DNA from: Candidatus Parcubacteria bacterium
Lineage (GTDB): Bacteria > Patescibacteriota > Minisyncoccia > Phycocordibacterales > CAYZPE01
NCBI GenBank assembly: GCA_046050145.1
Contig: JBJOQC010000006.1
Coordinates: forward strand, 1 to 32,825
DNA: 32,825 bases
Reading direction: 5' to 3'
Shown: positions 22,062 to 31,770 of the stretch, in pieces
Position numbering within the stretch: position 1 is the stretch's first letter
How the letters are laid out: every line of letters begins with the position of its first letter
Translations under genes and position numbers: made by a program
Notes under the pieces: model-generated
Databases searched by the model: none
Told to the model about the DNA's origin: nothing
What the model saw: only the letters and a program-made list of their open reading frames with translations

Positions 22062-22643
22062 TTAAAACTTAATATCGCCTGGCCAGAATCCTATATCTTG
22101 AATAGGGAGTAGTCGCACAAGAGGTCTGCCGATTATGTATTTTTCTTGTAGATTTCCCCAGTATCGTGAGTCGAGACTTCCTGCGCGATTATCTCCCATC
22201 ACAAAATATTCATTTTCTCCCACAGTTTTTGTAAATGTATCTTTTTTTGTAAGGGTTATATGGTCTTCCTTAAGCTTAAAACCCTCTGGATATTCGGTGT
22301 TTATGATAGTGACAACACCTTGCTCTATTTGTACAGTGTCTCCAGGGAGTCCGATGACACGTTTGATGAAATATTTCTTAGGGTCAACAGGGTATTTGAA
22401 GATAAGTACTGATCCTCTCTCTGGAGTTTTGAAACGATAACTTACTTGGTCTACGATGAGGTAGTGACCATCTTCAAATGTAGGTTCCATTGAACCACCG
22501 TTGACGAGAAATGGTTGGGCAATAAAGATTCGGAAGGGAACAACAATGAGGAGGGCGATAAGAGTGAAACGAAGTGTGTCCTTAAAAAAACCAGGTTCTT
22601 TTTTTTCAACTATCACATCATTTTTAATCTCGTTTTGTTCCAT
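22062..22643 (-). CDS. lepB: signal peptidase I
   Basis: N-terminal TM helix, catalytic GGSMEPTF, IKRVIGLPGD, and GDNRAGSLDSRYWG. Confidence 0.9.
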   Translation of the reverse strand: MEQNEIKNDVIVEKKEPGFFKDTLRFTLIALLIVVPFRIFIAQPFLVNGGSMEPTFEDGHYLIVDQVSYRFKTPERGSVLIFKYPVDPKKYFIKRVIGLPGDTVQIEQGVVTIINTEYPEGFKLKEDHITLTKKDTFTKTVGENEYFVMGDNRAGSLDSRYWGNLQEKYIIGRPLVRLLPIQDIGFWPGDIKF

Positions 22644-22702
22644 TGAAAATGTTCTAGAATATTTTTTCTTTAATTGAGACTATTGTATTACAAAAGAAAC
22701 GT

Positions 22703-22732
22703 TTGACACAAGAGATTTCGATGATGCACAAT
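22703..22732 (+). promoter_or_regulatory. candidate sigma70-type promoter of pth
   Basis: TTGACA (22703-22708), then 18 nt, then CACAAT (22727-22732). It lies 60 nt upstream of the ATG at 22792. Confidence 0.35.
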
Positions 22733-22791
22733 GGTCTTATGTTATTTTTTTAGGTTTTTAATATTTTATTTTTACTTTTTAATCTTTTGTT

Positions 22792-23388
22792 ATGGCGTAC
22801 ATCATCGCAGGGCTCGGAAATCCAGGAGAAGAATATAAAAATACGCGGCACAATGCTGGACGAATGGTTTTAGAAGCTTTTCATGTAAAAAATGAACTCG
22901 AAGACTGGAAGGAAAATAAAAAATCTCTCGCTCTCATCTCAAAAGGGATGGTGGGAAAGCAAAAGGTGACACTTGTGATGCCAGAAACGTTTATGAACAA
23001 GTCCGGTGAGAGTGTTAAGACACTTGTGAAGAGTGTAAAGGTGGCAGAAAAACTTATTGTGGTACATGATGATCTGGATTTGCCAGTCGGAACGCTCAAA
23101 GTTTCTTTTAATCGAAGTTCTGGAGGACATAAAGGTGTTGAGTCTATTATCAAAGCAATCAAGACAGAGAAATTTGCACGTATCCGTATTGGAATTTCAC
23201 AAGAAAGTGCAAAAGGTGGTGTGAAAAAACCAAGTCATGAAAATATAATAGAAAATTTTATTGTTAATGATTTTAAACCAGCTGAACTTGCTGAAGTAAA
23301 GAAGGTTGTAAAGAGAGCTTCAGAAGCAGTGGAGATGATTGTGAATGAGGGAATAGAAAAAGCGATGGGGGAGTTTAATAGAAGATAA
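22792..23388 (+). CDS. pth: peptidyl-tRNA hydrolase
   Basis: IIAGLGNPGEEYKNTRHNAG, MNKSGESV, and VVHDDLDLPVGTLKV. Confidence 0.9.
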   Translation: MAYIIAGLGNPGEEYKNTRHNAGRMVLEAFHVKNELEDWKENKKSLALISKGMVGKQKVTLVMPETFMNKSGESVKTLVKSVKVAEKLIVVHDDLDLPVGTLKVSFNRSSGGHKGVESIIKAIKTEKFARIRIGISQESAKGGVKKPSHENIIENFIVNDFKPAELAEVKKVVKRASEAVEMIVNEGIEKAMGEFNRR

Positions 23389-23410
23389 AAAATAAAAAAG
23401 AAAAGATTAA

Positions 23411-23446
23411 AAGCAGGGTTCGCGAAGCGAACCCTGCTTTTAATTT
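23411..23446 (+). terminator. rho-independent terminator of pth
   Basis: AAGCAGGGTTCGC (23411-23423), loop GAA, GCGAACCCTGCTT (23427-23439): a 13-bp stem, then TTAATTTT. Confidence 0.75.
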
Positions 23447-23451
23447 TAATT

Positions 23452-23492
23452 TAAAACAAAAACCCCGCGAATGCCGTGGGGCTTTCGCGGGG
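23452..23492 (-). terminator. rho-independent terminator of the 23503-23856 gene
   Basis: CCCCGCGAA (23463-23471) pairs with TTCGCGGGG (23484-23492), with an inner GCC/GGC helix. The minus strand continues TTTTTGTTTT. Confidence 0.7.
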
Positions 23493-23502
23493 ATGGGTAA
23501 CT

Positions 23503-23856
23503 TTACTGTTGCTTCAATTTGTTGATCTGAATTTCAAGACTATCCACTCGTGCGTTGATACGACGCATCTGAGGTTCTATGATGAGCATCAGACGCACAG
23601 CCTCCACCTTTTCGAGTAGGGCAATTTTTGAGTTTCGAACTTCCGTTTGTTGAGAGTCTTGTTTTTCAAGACACTCAACTTGTCGAAGGACTTCTTCCTT
23701 GAAGTTCGTCACCAGCTTCACGTCAACCTTACCAGTCGTTTGAAGCTCGTTTTGAATTTTCAAAGTGATACAGTCGAGTGGATTCTTCTCCACCTTCTCT
23801 TGACGGCCACAAGCAGTCAGGAGAAGGCTCGCTACGATAACAAGGAACATTTTCAT
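23503..23856 (-). CDS. putative lipoprotein, coiled-coil
   Basis: 117 aa. MKMFLVIVASLLLTAC is a signal peptide with a lipobox (LTAC). The remainder is helical and Q/E/K-rich. Confidence 0.55.
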   Translation of the reverse strand: MKMFLVIVASLLLTACGRQEKVEKNPLDCITLKIQNELQTTGKVDVKLVTNFKEEVLRQVECLEKQDSQQTEVRNSKIALLEKVEAVRLMLIIEPQMRRINARVDSLEIQINKLKQQ

Positions 23857-23999
23857 GGCGGGTCCTTTCCAGGATAAGCCAGTTGTTTTTTGGTAGGTGT
23901 GACATTCACAACCTTAACCTTTGTTTATATTATATCATATTAATCGTAAAAATGCAAGCCTAAAATAGGCCTTTGCGTAGGCTCAGTTTAAAACAAAAA

Positions 24000-24021
24000 A
24001 TCTCCGTAAGGGGATTTTTTG
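24000..24021 (-). terminator. terminator after rpsA
   Basis: ATCTCC-GTAA-GGGGAT (24000-24015) is flanked by an A-run (23994-23999) and a T-run (24016-24021). It lies 3 nt beyond the rpsA stop. Confidence 0.55.
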
Positions 24022-24024
24022 TTG

Positions 24025-25206
24025 CTATTTCTTTTTACTTCCTGCGAAAGTAAGTGCCATCTTTTGCTCCTTTGGATCAAAGAGAGTGATTTTGAATGGA
24101 TATGTCTTACCAAGTTCAAGGTGTTCTCGAAGCTTTTCTTCGGTACCAAACTCAGATACATGCACAAGTCCTGCAATACCTTCTTCAATAGAAGCGAGAG
24201 CTCCATGCTTATTGAATCGGATAATAACACCCTGTACAGTGCTATCTTTCTTATATTTCTTACTTGCTTCAACCCAAGGGTTTGGCTTAAGAGCTTTAAT
24301 AGAAAGTGAAATCTTTCCATCTTTTATTTCAATCACTTTAACCTTAACCTTATCGTTTACAGAGTAAAGACTCTTTGGATTTTCTACGAGTGCCCAGTCG
24401 ATTTCAGAAATATGCACAAGTCCCTCAAGTCCTTCTTCAAGTTTTATAAATACACCAAAATCAACAATGCCAGTGATTGTTCCTTCTACCTCGTCACCTA
24501 CTTGGTATCTGTCAATTATCTTTTCTTTATTTTTCTGTTCAGGACTCTTTTCAGAGAAGATGAGTTTTCCTTCTTTTGGAATCGCTCCAATAATAGAAAC
24601 AGAGATTTTTGTTCCAACAAGTTTCTTTAGCTCCTCAAGGATTTTATCTTTGTCTCCGTCTGAAACTCGAGGATAGTGTTCAGTTTTAAGCTGTGAAGCT
24701 GGGAGAAATCCTTGGATACCTTGCCATGAAATGATGAGACCTCCTTTATTTGCTTCTATAATAGGAAGATCAAATACAGTTTTACTTCGAATAGCCTCTT
24801 CTGCTTCACTCCAGATAAGTGCCTGGCGAGCTTCCTTGAGAGAAATTTCGATGTAACCGTCTTTATTTTCAACACTGATAACCTTACCTGCAACTCGGTC
24901 ACCAATACTTGTCTTCTTTATAATGTCGCGAGCAGCAATAAATTCTCGTCCGTATATAATACCTGTTCCAAATGGGTGTAGGTCTACGAAAATAGCACCT
25001 GAGTCAATGCCCATAACAGCACCTTCCACAAGGTCTCCTATGCCTGGTGGGTTTGCAATAGAAACAAGCACCTTATCCATAAGGGTTTCTTCTTTTGGAG
25101 CTTCCTCTGAAGCTTCAACAGCTTTTTTACTCGCTTTCTTTGTTTTAACCTCTTCTACTTTTTCTTCTTTTACTGCCTCCTTTCTTTTAAATATGTTTTT
25201 TAACAT
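24025..25206 (-). CDS. rpsA: 30S ribosomal protein S1 (four S1 domains)
   Basis: Four S1/OB repeats, e.g. GDLVEGAVMGIDSGAIFVDL, GGLIISWQGIQGFLPASQL, GDEVEGTITGIVDFGVFIKLEEGLEGLVHISEI and VQGVIIRFNKHGALASIEEGIAGLVHVSEF. The start is set at the ATG at 25206 (MLKNIFKRKE). Confidence 0.85.
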   Translation of the reverse strand: MLKNIFKRKEAVKEEKVEEVKTKKASKKAVEASEEAPKEETLMDKVLVSIANPPGIGDLVEGAVMGIDSGAIFVDLHPFGTGIIYGREFIAARDIIKKTSIGDRVAGKVISVENKDGYIEISLKEARQALIWSEAEEAIRSKTVFDLPIIEANKGGLIISWQGIQGFLPASQLKTEHYPRVSDGDKDKILEELKKLVGTKISVSIIGAIPKEGKLIFSEKSPEQKNKEKIIDRYQVGDEVEGTITGIVDFGVFIKLEEGLEGLVHISEIDWALVENPKSLYSVNDKVKVKVIEIKDGKISLSIKALKPNPWVEASKKYKKDSTVQGVIIRFNKHGALASIEEGIAGLVHVSEFGTEEKLREHLELGKTYPFKITLFDPKEQKMALTFAGSKKK

Positions 25207-25347
25207 TGTATATATTGAGCAGGCTTGTTTTTTGCTTCTTCCGACATTCTCCAAAACAAGGATACTGCAAACTAATAAAGGTTCCTCTCTAAATAGAGGA
25301 AGACACATACTACTATACAAATACTATTTTTTCAATAGCTTTTCTTA

Positions 25348-25356
25348 TGTTATAAT
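25348..25356 (+). promoter_or_regulatory. candidate extended -10 promoter (leaderless geometry)
   Basis: TGTTATAAT is followed by a 7-nt spacer (CGTCGGC) and then the ATG at 25364. Confidence 0.4.
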
Positions 25357-25363
25357 CGTCGGC

Positions 25364-25987
25364 ATGATTATTACATACCACGGTATTTCATGTTTCAAAG
25401 TGCAGTTTGGCGATACTGTTATTGCAGTTAATCCTGTTTCAAAAGACTCAAAGGAAAAAGCTCCAAAATTTGGTGCGGATATTGCTTTGGTGAGTCTCCA
25501 AGATCCTGATCATAATGGTATTTCAAACGCAGCTCATGGTGAACGTAATCCTTTTGTGATATCTGGTCCTGGTGAGTATGAAATAAAAGGTGTTTTTATA
25601 AAAGGATTTCCATCAACTTCTTCGTATGGAAATGTTCCCCATATCAATACTATTTATTATGTGACTCTCGAAGGTATGAATCTTTGTTTCTTGGGGGCGC
25701 TTGATGGTTCTGAGTTAAAATCTGAAACCACAGAAGCTCTTGATAATATAGATATTCTATTTGTACCCATTGGAGGAGATGGTGTATTGTCTGCAGCTCA
25801 AGCATATAAACTAGCAGTAAATTTTGAACCAAAGATAATTATTCCAACACATACAAATGATGCTGCGCTCAAGGCATTTCTCAAAGAAGCAGGTTCGGGT
25901 GTGGATGCTATTGATAAACTGACGCTTAAGAAAAAAGATCTTGAAGGAAAAGAAGGGGAGGTTGTTGTATTGGCTCCACAAAACTAA
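25364..25987 (+). CDS. MBL-fold (Lactamase_B_3 / UPF0173-like) hydrolase
   Basis: MIITYHGISCFKVQFGDTVIAVNP...ADIALVSLQDPDHNG...ILFVPIGGDGVLSAAQAYKLAVNFEPKIIIPTH. The real start is the ATG at 25364. The 5' part of track ORF 24923-25987 is antisense to rpsA. Confidence 0.7.
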   Translation: MIITYHGISCFKVQFGDTVIAVNPVSKDSKEKAPKFGADIALVSLQDPDHNGISNAAHGERNPFVISGPGEYEIKGVFIKGFPSTSSYGNVPHINTIYYVTLEGMNLCFLGALDGSELKSETTEALDNIDILFVPIGGDGVLSAAQAYKLAVNFEPKIIIPTHTNDAALKAFLKEAGSGVDAIDKLTLKKKDLEGKEGEVVVLAPQN

Positions 25988-26023
25988 TAAGGGTGGGGAA
26001 TCGTGGTAGAGTTATACGTATAT

Positions 26024-26362
26024 ATGGGATTTTTCGAATATATTGAATATCTTCGATCTAAACCCGAGCGCACCCGTACTCGTATAGCTTTCTCTATTTC
26101 TTTTGTTATAACCGCCCTTATCTTTACGGGATGGATGATGTCTTTATATGGTACTGAAAAAGAAGAAGATACGTTTATTGCCGAGTCTCCCGCAGTAGAG
26201 CCTCTTTCTTCATTGTCAGGAACAGCTTTGAATGCATTCAATACTGTAAAAGGGGGATTGGCTGATCTAAAAGATGCTTTTTTAGGCCTCTTTAATGAGA
26301 CATATAAAGCACCTCAAACAAAGTCTTTTGACAGACAAGAGAGTCAATTGTTTGAGTACTAA
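26024..26362 (+). CDS. hypothetical small membrane protein
   Basis: ORF with one TM helix (IAFSISFVITALIFTGWMM). ATG 26024 is preferred over the GTG at 26003. I recognise no family. Confidence 0.4.
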   Translation: MGFFEYIEYLRSKPERTRTRIAFSISFVITALIFTGWMMSLYGTEKEEDTFIAESPAVEPLSSLSGTALNAFNTVKGGLADLKDAFLGLFNETYKAPQTKSFDRQESQLFEY

Positions 26363-26376
26363 AGTCTTGTTTTATA

Positions 26377-26385
26377 TGCTATAAT
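26377..26385 (+). promoter_or_regulatory. candidate extended -10 promoter of gyrA
   Basis: TGCTATAAT sits 36 nt upstream of the ATG at 26422. Confidence 0.4.
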
Positions 26386-26421
26386 AGTGTTATCAATTCG
26401 GCATACGATTACTGTTAAGTA

Positions 26422-28893
26422 ATGGCAAAAGATATAGAAAAAAAAGAAGAAAATGAATCTCCACGACCTCTTTCACAAGGTATTGTGAGTCGTGAGATTA
26501 CAACAGAAATGAAAGATGCGTATCTCGACTACGCTATGTCTGTTATCACATCTCGAGCTCTTCCTGATGTGCGAGATGGCTTAAAGCCGGTACACCGAAG
26601 AATTCTTTTTGCGATGCATGAGAAGGGTCTTGTTGCAGGAGGTAAGTTTCGAAAATCTGCGGTGGTGGTGGGAGATGTGCTCGGTAACTATCATCCTCAC
26701 GGCGATGCTTCTGTATATGATGCTCTGGTGAAAATGGCACAAGATTTTTCAATGCGATATCCGCTTGTCTGGGGACAAGGTAACTTTGGTAACGTTGACG
26801 GAGATAATGCAGCTGCTATGCGTTATACCGAGGCAAAAATGTCTCGTGTTGCCTCAGAGCTTTTGGGTGATATAGAAAAGGATACGGTTGATTTTAGAGC
26901 AAACTATGACGGTACTCGAAAAGAGCCTATAGTTTTGCCTGCTGCTGTTCCAAACCTGCTTTTAAATGGAACTCTCGGTATTGCTGTGGGTATGGCGACT
27001 AATATTCCTCCTCACAATCTTCGTGAAATAGTCGACGCGACTTCGTTTCTTATTGATAATACTGACGCTACGAGTGAAGATCTTTTACAGTTTGTAAAAG
27101 GTCCTGATTTTCCAACAGGAGGTTTGATTTTTAATGAAAAAGATATTGCTCATGCATATGCTACCGGCCGTGGCGGTGTGGTGACTCGTGGTGTTGCAGA
27201 AATTGTTGAAAATAAAGCGGGAAATTTTCAAATTATTGTTACCTCAATTCCATATCGAGTAAATAAGTCTGATCTGCTTTTGAAGATTGCCGAACTTGTT
27301 CGCGACAAGAAGCTCGAGGGTATAAAAGGGCTTCGAGATGAGTCTGCAAAAGATATTCGTATTGCAATTGATTTGAAGAGTGGTGCACATCCTCAAAAAG
27401 TATTAAATTTTCTCTATAAACACACTCAACTTGAAGAAACATTTCACTTTAACGTTGTGTGTCTTGTGAATGGTGTGCCCCAAACCCTCTCTCTTAAGGG
27501 AATTCTCCAGGAGTTTGTTTCTCACCGAGTGATTGTGATTCGTCGTCGTACTGAGTACGATCTTCGTAAGGCAGAGGACAGAGAACATATTCTTATAGGT
27601 CTTAAAAAAGCTCTCGATCATATTGATCAGATTATTAAACTTATTCGAGCTTCAAAAGATACTGTTGAGGCACATGCGGAGCTTCGAAAACAATTTAAAT
27701 TTTCAGATCGTCAGGCAACTGCAATTCTTGAAATGAAACTTTCACGTCTCGCTGGTCTTGAGCGAAAGAAAATTGAGGATGAACTGAAGGCTGTGCAAGA
27801 GCTTATTGAAGAGTTGAAGTCTATCCTCGCATCTTCAAAGAAAATTTTGACTATTATCAAAAAAGAGCTTGCTTATATAAGTGAAAAATACGGTGATGAT
27901 AGAAAAACAAAGGTTATTAAGCATGGTGTTCAATCAATCTCTGATGAAGATCTAATTCCAGATGAAGAAAATGCTCTTGTGCTTACTTCGGGAGGTTATA
28001 TTAAACGTACAAGTCCTGATGAATTTAGAAAGCAAAAGCGTGGTGGTGTAGGTGTGGTTGATCTCGATACAAAAGAGGAGGATTTTGTCACTACACTTCT
28101 CACTGCAAGCACCCATAGTGACATGCTCTTCTTTACTGATAGAGGTAAGGCATACCAAATCAAAATGTACGAGCTTCCAGAAGGTAAGCGTGCTACTCGT
28201 GGCAAATCAATCATGAACTTCCTCTCTCTTGATGCTGGAGAAAAGGTGACATCAGTTTTGCCAATGCCAAAGGATACAAAAAATAAGAGCCTCTCTTTGC
28301 TTATGGTTACAAAGCAGGGTAATGCAAAGAAGGTAAAGGCAGAAAGCTTCCATGATGTGCGTCGTAGTGGAATTATTGCAATTAGACTTGATAAAGGTGA
28401 TGAGCTTATCTCTGTATCGTTTGCTGATAAAAAAGATGACGGCATAATCGTTACTTCACGAGGTCAGTCTATTCGTTTTAAGGAGTCTGATATTCGAGAA
28501 ATGGGTCGCGGTGCAGGAGGGGTGCGCGGAATTCGTCTTGGAAAGAATGACTTTGTTGTTGGGGCTCAAATTATAAAATCAGACCTTAAAAACCCTTCAC
28601 TTCTTGTGATTACTGCAAATGGATATGGTAAGCGTACTGATCTTTCTGAATATAAAGTTCAAAAGCGAGGAGGTTCTGGTATTAAGACAGCAAATATAAC
28701 ATCAAAGACTGCTGAGCTTATTTCTGCTCAGGTGGTAAGTGATGAAGAAGCGGAGATTGTGGCAATGTCACAAAAGAGTCAGGTGATACGAACAGGTCTC
28801 AATGAAATTCCTCGACTCGGTAGACAGACTCAGGGTGTGCGGATTATGAAATTGCGTGAAGGAGATAGGATTGCGTCTCTGATTTGCCTCTAA
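26422..28893 (+). CDS. gyrA: DNA gyrase subunit A
   Basis: [42 protein letters not shown], the [10 protein letters not shown] active-site Tyr region, and C-terminal beta-pinwheel repeats. Confidence 0.95.
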   Translation: MAKDIEKKEENESPRPLSQGIVSREITTEMKDAYLDYAMSVITSRALPDVRDGLKPVHRRILFAMHEKGLVAGGKFRKSAVVVGDVLGNYHPHGDASVYDALVKMAQDFSMRYPLVWGQGNFGNVDGDNAAAMRYTEAKMSRVASELLGDIEKDTVDFRANYDGTRKEPIVLPAAVPNLLLNGTLGIAVGMATNIPPHNLREIVDATSFLIDNTDATSEDLLQFVKGPDFPTGGLIFNEKDIAHAYATGRGGVVTRGVAEIVENKAGNFQIIVTSIPYRVNKSDLLLKIAELVRDKKLEGIKGLRDESAKDIRIAIDLKSGAHPQKVLNFLYKHTQLEETFHFNVVCLVNGVPQTLSLKGILQEFVSHRVIVIRRRTEYDLRKAEDREHILIGLKKALDHIDQIIKLIRASKDTVEAHAELRKQFKFSDRQATAILEMKLSRLAGLERKKIEDELKAVQELIEELKSILASSKKILTIIKKELAYISEKYGDDRKTKVIKHGVQSISDEDLIPDEENALVLTSGGYIKRTSPDEFRKQKRGGVGVVDLDTKEEDFVTTLLTASTHSDMLFFTDRGKAYQIKMYELPEGKRATRGKSIMNFLSLDAGEKVTSVLPMPKDTKNKSLSLLMVTKQGNAKKVKAESFHDVRRSGIIAIRLDKGDELISVSFADKKDDGIIVTSRGQSIRFKESDIREMGRGAGGVRGIRLGKNDFVVGAQIIKSDLKNPSLLVITANGYGKRTDLSEYKVQKRGGSGIKTANITSKTAELISAQVVSDEEAEIVAMSQKSQVIRTGLNEIPRLGRQTQGVRIMKLREGDRIASLICL

Positions 28894-29013
28894 AACCCTC
28901 AAAATAAGCCGACCCGCTTCGTTATACATAAAAGTTATTCCTGCAGTGTAGTTTTCTACACCTTAGTCATAACTTTTATATACGCCTCGCATCTCAATTT
29001 ATTTTGAGGGTTT
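28893..29013. repeat. 121-nt nested inverted repeat (long imperfect hairpin) downstream of gyrA
   Basis: Outer arms AAACCCTCAAAATAA (28893-28907) and TTATTTTGAGGGTTT (28999-29013) form 15 bp. Middle arms 28925-28938 and 28969-28982 form 14 bp with 1 mismatch. The apical hairpin is GTGTAG-TTTT-CTACAC (28946-28961). Confidence 0.65.
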
Positions 29014-29101
29014 AAAATTTTTAAGACTCTGTTGAAAAGCTCTTATGGTAGAAGGCTTTTCTTTGTTATACTCTAAGTACAAAAGATCTTTAATTTCTTT
29101 T

Positions 29102-29632
29102 ATGTTTAGTGATCCTCAAAAAAACATCGAGCAATTCAATCCATCTCTTGGAGCGCGTATCGCTGACCTTGGTTCTGGATCTGGTTTTTATACTCTTGCA
29201 GCCGCAAGAGCTGTGGGTGCGGAAGGTAAGGTGTACGCGGTTGATGTTCAAAAGGATCTTTTGTCCAAACTTAAGAATGAAGCAAATAAGCAGGGGATGT
29301 CTAATATTGAAATTGTGTGGGGTGATCTTGAAAAACTTGGAGGTACAAGACTTGCACCTCAAACTTTGAATGGGGTGATTGTGTCGAATATTTTTTTTCA
29401 AGTAAAAAATAAAGATATTTTTATACAAGAGGTAGATAGGATACTTATGTCAAAAGGCAAAGTTCTCTTTGTTGACTGGGCAGAGTCTTTTGGAGGTTTA
29501 GGTCCTCAATCAGGAGATGTCTTTCCTGAGAAAAAAGCCGAAGAGATGTGGACAAAAGCAGGTTTTATAAAAGAGGCTAGTATTTCTGCGGGAGCGCACC
29601 ATTACGGTATAATATTTACTAAGAGTTTGTAA
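29102..29632 (+). CDS. class I SAM-dependent methyltransferase
   Basis: Motif I IADLGSGSGFYTLAAA, YAVDVQ, and VIVSNIFFQ. ATG 29102 is preferred; the track start at 29045 is possible. Confidence 0.7.
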   Translation: MFSDPQKNIEQFNPSLGARIADLGSGSGFYTLAAARAVGAEGKVYAVDVQKDLLSKLKNEANKQGMSNIEIVWGDLEKLGGTRLAPQTLNGVIVSNIFFQVKNKDIFIQEVDRILMSKGKVLFVDWAESFGGLGPQSGDVFPEKKAEEMWTKAGFIKEASISAGAHHYGIIFTKSL

Positions 29633-29660
29633 TCTCTTTATATCCTAAATTCTAATCATC

Positions 29661-30962
29661 ATGGGCGGAATTAAAAACATGTCGAAGTTCCAACTTATAT
29701 TTACCGGTGTTTTTGCCGCGTTTATTATAGTTGGGGTACTTGTTTTTTCTCTTTCTCGTAACGATAACGCTTCAAATGAATCCCCTGTAACTGTATGGGG
29801 ATTTTTACCTGCAAGTCAGTTTAATCAGATTCTCAAGGTGACAGGTTTAGACAAGGATGAAATTTTAAAAATAACCTATGTTGAAAAGCGCTCTGATAGT
29901 TTTGATTCTGAGTTTATAACAGCTCTTGCTGATGGAAAAGGTCCAGACCTGTTTTTTGTTTCTCAGGCATCACTCCTCGCTCAGGAGTCGCGTATTTTTC
30001 CAGTACCATTCAAGACTTTTCCTGAGCGAGACTACAAAGATGCCTTTATAGAAGGTTCTGAGGTCTTTTTGTCTCCCCAAGGAGTTCTTGCAATGCCATT
30101 TATTGTCGATCCTCTGGTTATGTATTGGAACAGAACACTTTTTACAAATGCTGGCCTTGCGAGGGAGCCCCATTTTTGGGAGGAGCTTTATTCTTTGACA
30201 AGCAGGCTTACCAAGAAGGACGAGGCTTTAAATATTACCCAAACAACAGTTCCTTTTGGTGAATTCAGAAATATTTCAAATGCAAAAGCAGTTATCTCAC
30301 TTCTTACTCTTCAGGCGGGAAATCCTATAAGTCAGAGGACGAGTGGAGGTCTCAGTATTGTACTTAGTGAGAAATTCAACTTTTCTTTGGCTCCAGCACC
30401 AGAAGCTCTTCGTTTCTTTACTGATTTTTCAAACCCAGCAACAATATATTATTCATGGAACAGGTCACTACCTCTCTCTCAAAACTTTTTTACAGCAGGG
30501 GATAGTGCTCTCTATTTTGGCTTTGCGTCAGAGCTGCCTTTGATTCAACAAAAAAATCCAAATCTCAACTTCGACGTAGCTTCAGTCCCACAGTCTCGCC
30601 AGGCAAAACAAGAGGTTGTGTACGCAAATTTTTATGGTCTCGCCATCTCAAAGAGTGCAAAAAACATTCCAGGCGCTTTTGCAGTTGCAGGGAGACTTAC
30701 TGATACGGCTGGGATAAAAGCGACTGTGAATACTTTAAAGCTTCCTCCTGTTCGAAGGGATTTGATTAGTCAGAGTCCTGTAGATCCTTTCATGACAGTT
30801 TTTTATGACAGTGCTCTCCGTTCAAAGACATGGATCGAGCCAGGGTCAGTAAGTACCTCGCAAGTTTTTCAAAATATGGTTGAGTCCATCACATCGGGAA
30901 GATCGAGTATTATAGAAGCAGTGTCTCGTGCCGACGGGGAACTTGAGGCATTAACCAACTAA
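29661..30962 (+). CDS. membrane-anchored extracellular solute-binding protein-like (SBP_bac_1/8-like)
   Basis: N-terminal TM anchor. GKGPDLFFVSQASL, DPLVMYWNRTLFTNAGL and PHFWEEL resemble ABC substrate-binding proteins. No permease or ATPase gene is adjacent. Confidence 0.55.
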   Translation: MGGIKNMSKFQLIFTGVFAAFIIVGVLVFSLSRNDNASNESPVTVWGFLPASQFNQILKVTGLDKDEILKITYVEKRSDSFDSEFITALADGKGPDLFFVSQASLLAQESRIFPVPFKTFPERDYKDAFIEGSEVFLSPQGVLAMPFIVDPLVMYWNRTLFTNAGLAREPHFWEELYSLTSRLTKKDEALNITQTTVPFGEFRNISNAKAVISLLTLQAGNPISQRTSGGLSIVLSEKFNFSLAPAPEALRFFTDFSNPATIYYSWNRSLPLSQNFFTAGDSALYFGFASELPLIQQKNPNLNFDVASVPQSRQAKQEVVYANFYGLAISKSAKNIPGAFAVAGRLTDTAGIKATVNTLKLPPVRRDLISQSPVDPFMTVFYDSALRSKTWIEPGSVSTSQVFQNMVESITSGRSSIIEAVSRADGELEALTN

Positions 30963-30963
30963 T

Positions 30964-31377
30964 ATGAACTTTAGAAAAATACTCATTACAATATGTACAC
31001 TTATTCTTATCATTACTCCTTTTCTGGTGAGTGCAGAACCTCTCTTTGATCCAAATAAGGGTCTTGTAGGGGGTGTGTGTAACAATGGCCAGTGTGGTTT
31101 TAATGATATTGTAGGTCTCATAAACCGCCTGGTTAAGTTTGTGTTCTATGTTTCTGTTCCTATTGCTGCCCTTCTTTTTGCTTATGCAGGCTTTCTTTTT
31201 CTTACCGCAGGACCAAATGCAGGTCAGGCTGATCGAGCAAAAGGTATTTTTACCAACGTTGCTGTGGGTTTTATTATTATTCTTTCTGCATACCTCATCG
31301 TGTATACTGTAACAAATGCAATTATAGAAGATGGTTTTCTTAACAGTTTACCAGTTCTGGGTGATTTAAAACCTTAA
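30964..31377 (+). CDS. TrbC/VirB2-type (T4SS_pilin-like) small membrane protein, paralog 1
   Basis: Signal peptide, then two TM helices flanking AYAGFLFLTAGPNAGQADRAKG. It starts 1 nt after the upstream stop. Confidence 0.6.
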   Translation: MNFRKILITICTLILIITPFLVSAEPLFDPNKGLVGGVCNNGQCGFNDIVGLINRLVKFVFYVSVPIAALLFAYAGFLFLTAGPNAGQADRAKGIFTNVAVGFIIILSAYLIVYTVTNAIIEDGFLNSLPVLGDLKP

Positions 31378-31378
31378 T

Positions 31379-31768
31379 ATGAAATATTCTTTGTTAAAAA
31401 AAATAATAAGTTTTCTATTTTTGTTTTTTGTATTAATAATTCCTTTGTTTTTTATTTTTGCTGCTGATGGTGCGAGCGATCTTCCTTCAGGTGCAAGTAT
31501 AGAAAATCCTCTCAAGGGTGGTATTAATAGTGTTTACGATCTTGTTGAGTTTATTGTAAACAATATTATTCTTCCTTTTGGATCGGTTATTATGGTTCTT
31601 ATGATTATTTTTGCCGGTTTTCAGTTTGTTGTTGCTCAAGGTAATCCTAAAAAGATTGAAGATGCCAAAACGACACTCCTATACGCGGTCATCGGCTCAG
31701 CGATTCTTCTTGGTTCATGGGCCATTGCAGAAATTATTCAAAATACAGTTACATCAATAACAGGATAA
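31379..31768 (+). CDS. T4SS_pilin-like small membrane protein, paralog 2
   Basis: Signal peptide. MVLMIIFAGFQFVVAQGNPKKIEDAKTTLLYAVIGSAILLGSWAI fits the pilin-like hairpin pattern. Confidence 0.6.
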   Translation: MKYSLLKKIISFLFLFFVLIIPLFFIFAADGASDLPSGASIENPLKGGINSVYDLVEFIVNNIILPFGSVIMVLMIIFAGFQFVVAQGNPKKIEDAKTTLLYAVIGSAILLGSWAIAEIIQNTVTSITG

Positions 31769-31770
31769 AT

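Noticed and set aside
24923-25363. N-terminal 147 aa of track ORF 24923-25987
   Set aside because: This part is antisense to rpsA. The recognisable MBL-fold protein begins at ATG 25364, right behind a TGTTATAAT box. The long ORF is a read-through artefact.
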